A stretch of 64,000 nucleotides of DNA from Eutreptiella sp. 'Long Island Sound 2002' (lineage: Eukaryota > Protista > Euglenida). Location of the stretch: contig OZ038378.1 in the NCBI GenBank assembly GCA_964036045.1, forward strand, positions 96,224,001 through 96,288,000. The letters are read 5' to 3'. The translations under genes were made by a program, and so were the position numbers. How positions within the stretch are numbered: position 1 is the first letter of the stretch; each line of letters starts with the position of its first letter. Positions 63,379 through 64,000 of this stretch are shown here, piece by piece. The notes below the pieces were generated by a model. It worked only from the letters and a program-made list of their open reading frames with translations, made no database searches and was not told the origin of the DNA.

Positions 63379-64000
63379 AGGTAGGTAGGTAGGTGCACCC
63401 TGTTGTAGAGAGGCGCCCGATGGTCCCACTCGCGTTGCCGCTGTGACGAACAGGAACAGGCTCCGGGCTTGAAGAGGGGAGGCGACTTACATCCCGCTAG
63501 ACCCGACCGGTGGCCCCCAACTAAGCGGCCCCGGGCAACACCGGGAGGGCTGATAGCTGCCAGCGTGACGTACTTGTCATGCCGGGAGGGTAAGCCCCCA
63601 TGCTTGCGCACGTCCCTTCCTTTGGGCGGAACTATAGGGGTTCACTGGACTTCCTGGCGTATCTCGTTCCCAAGGCATGCATGCATGTTCTTGGTACTGG
63701 GGTTCCGAGGCGCCTGGGTGTCGGACGCTCCGCCTCGAGTCCCAAAGCAGCACAGGCCTGAGGATGCAGCCTTACCCCCGGTCTCCGGATCTCGTTTGGC
63801 TGGGTCACCTGCATGGAACGGGCTGCCCAAGTGCCTGGGCTATGGACACCGGGTTTCCTACTGTTTTGGGCCGCTTGTGTTTTGGTCTGGATTGTGCTCG
63901 GGCTCGGGTTTCGGCTGCGCCCCGCCACGCCTAGCTGGGGATTTGGGGTGTGTCTGTGCTTTTGTGCGCGCTCTGCTTGTACGCCGCCTCTCCTGGCTGG
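63379..64000 (+). mobile_element. (GGTA)n-capped module, copy C, followed by minisatellite; inserted in gypsy and running off the window
   Basis: AAG|GTAGGTAGGTAGGTGCAC start; aligns to 2594-3110. Confidence 0.85.

Overview
Eukaryotic, almost entirely transposon-derived 64 kb with no recognisable host housekeeping gene. A 25/26 match to the Euglena gracilis spliced leader (20751-20776) points to a euglenid host. Elements are nested and mostly decayed. (1) A minus-strand DDE-like transposase pseudogene lies at the left end. (2) A family of (GGTA)n-capped ~520-bp modules is joined to a ~62/125-bp GT/CA minisatellite; two inverted copies bracket 2594-15595. (3) Inside it sits a 5.6-kb two-gene, intron-containing RAG1/Transib-like DNA transposon with 35-bp TIRs and TIR-derived palindrome arrays in each intron. 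(4) An L1/Tx1-like LINE starts exactly at a complete spliced leader and carries an AlkB-family dioxygenase domain upstream of its endonuclease and RT; this is the most notable system here. (5) A second LINE (Tudor-like, APE, RT, RNase H) is split by a 1.2-kb MITE and partly tandem-duplicated. (6) A chromodomain Ty3/gypsy element is interrupted by a Ulp1-like protease segment, an 8.25-kb CAC...GTG DNA element with a multi-exon cargo gene, and a (GGTA)n element. Several tandem arrays (184 bp, 111 bp, 1.84 kb) are also present. All domain calls come from reading motifs by eye; no database searches were run.
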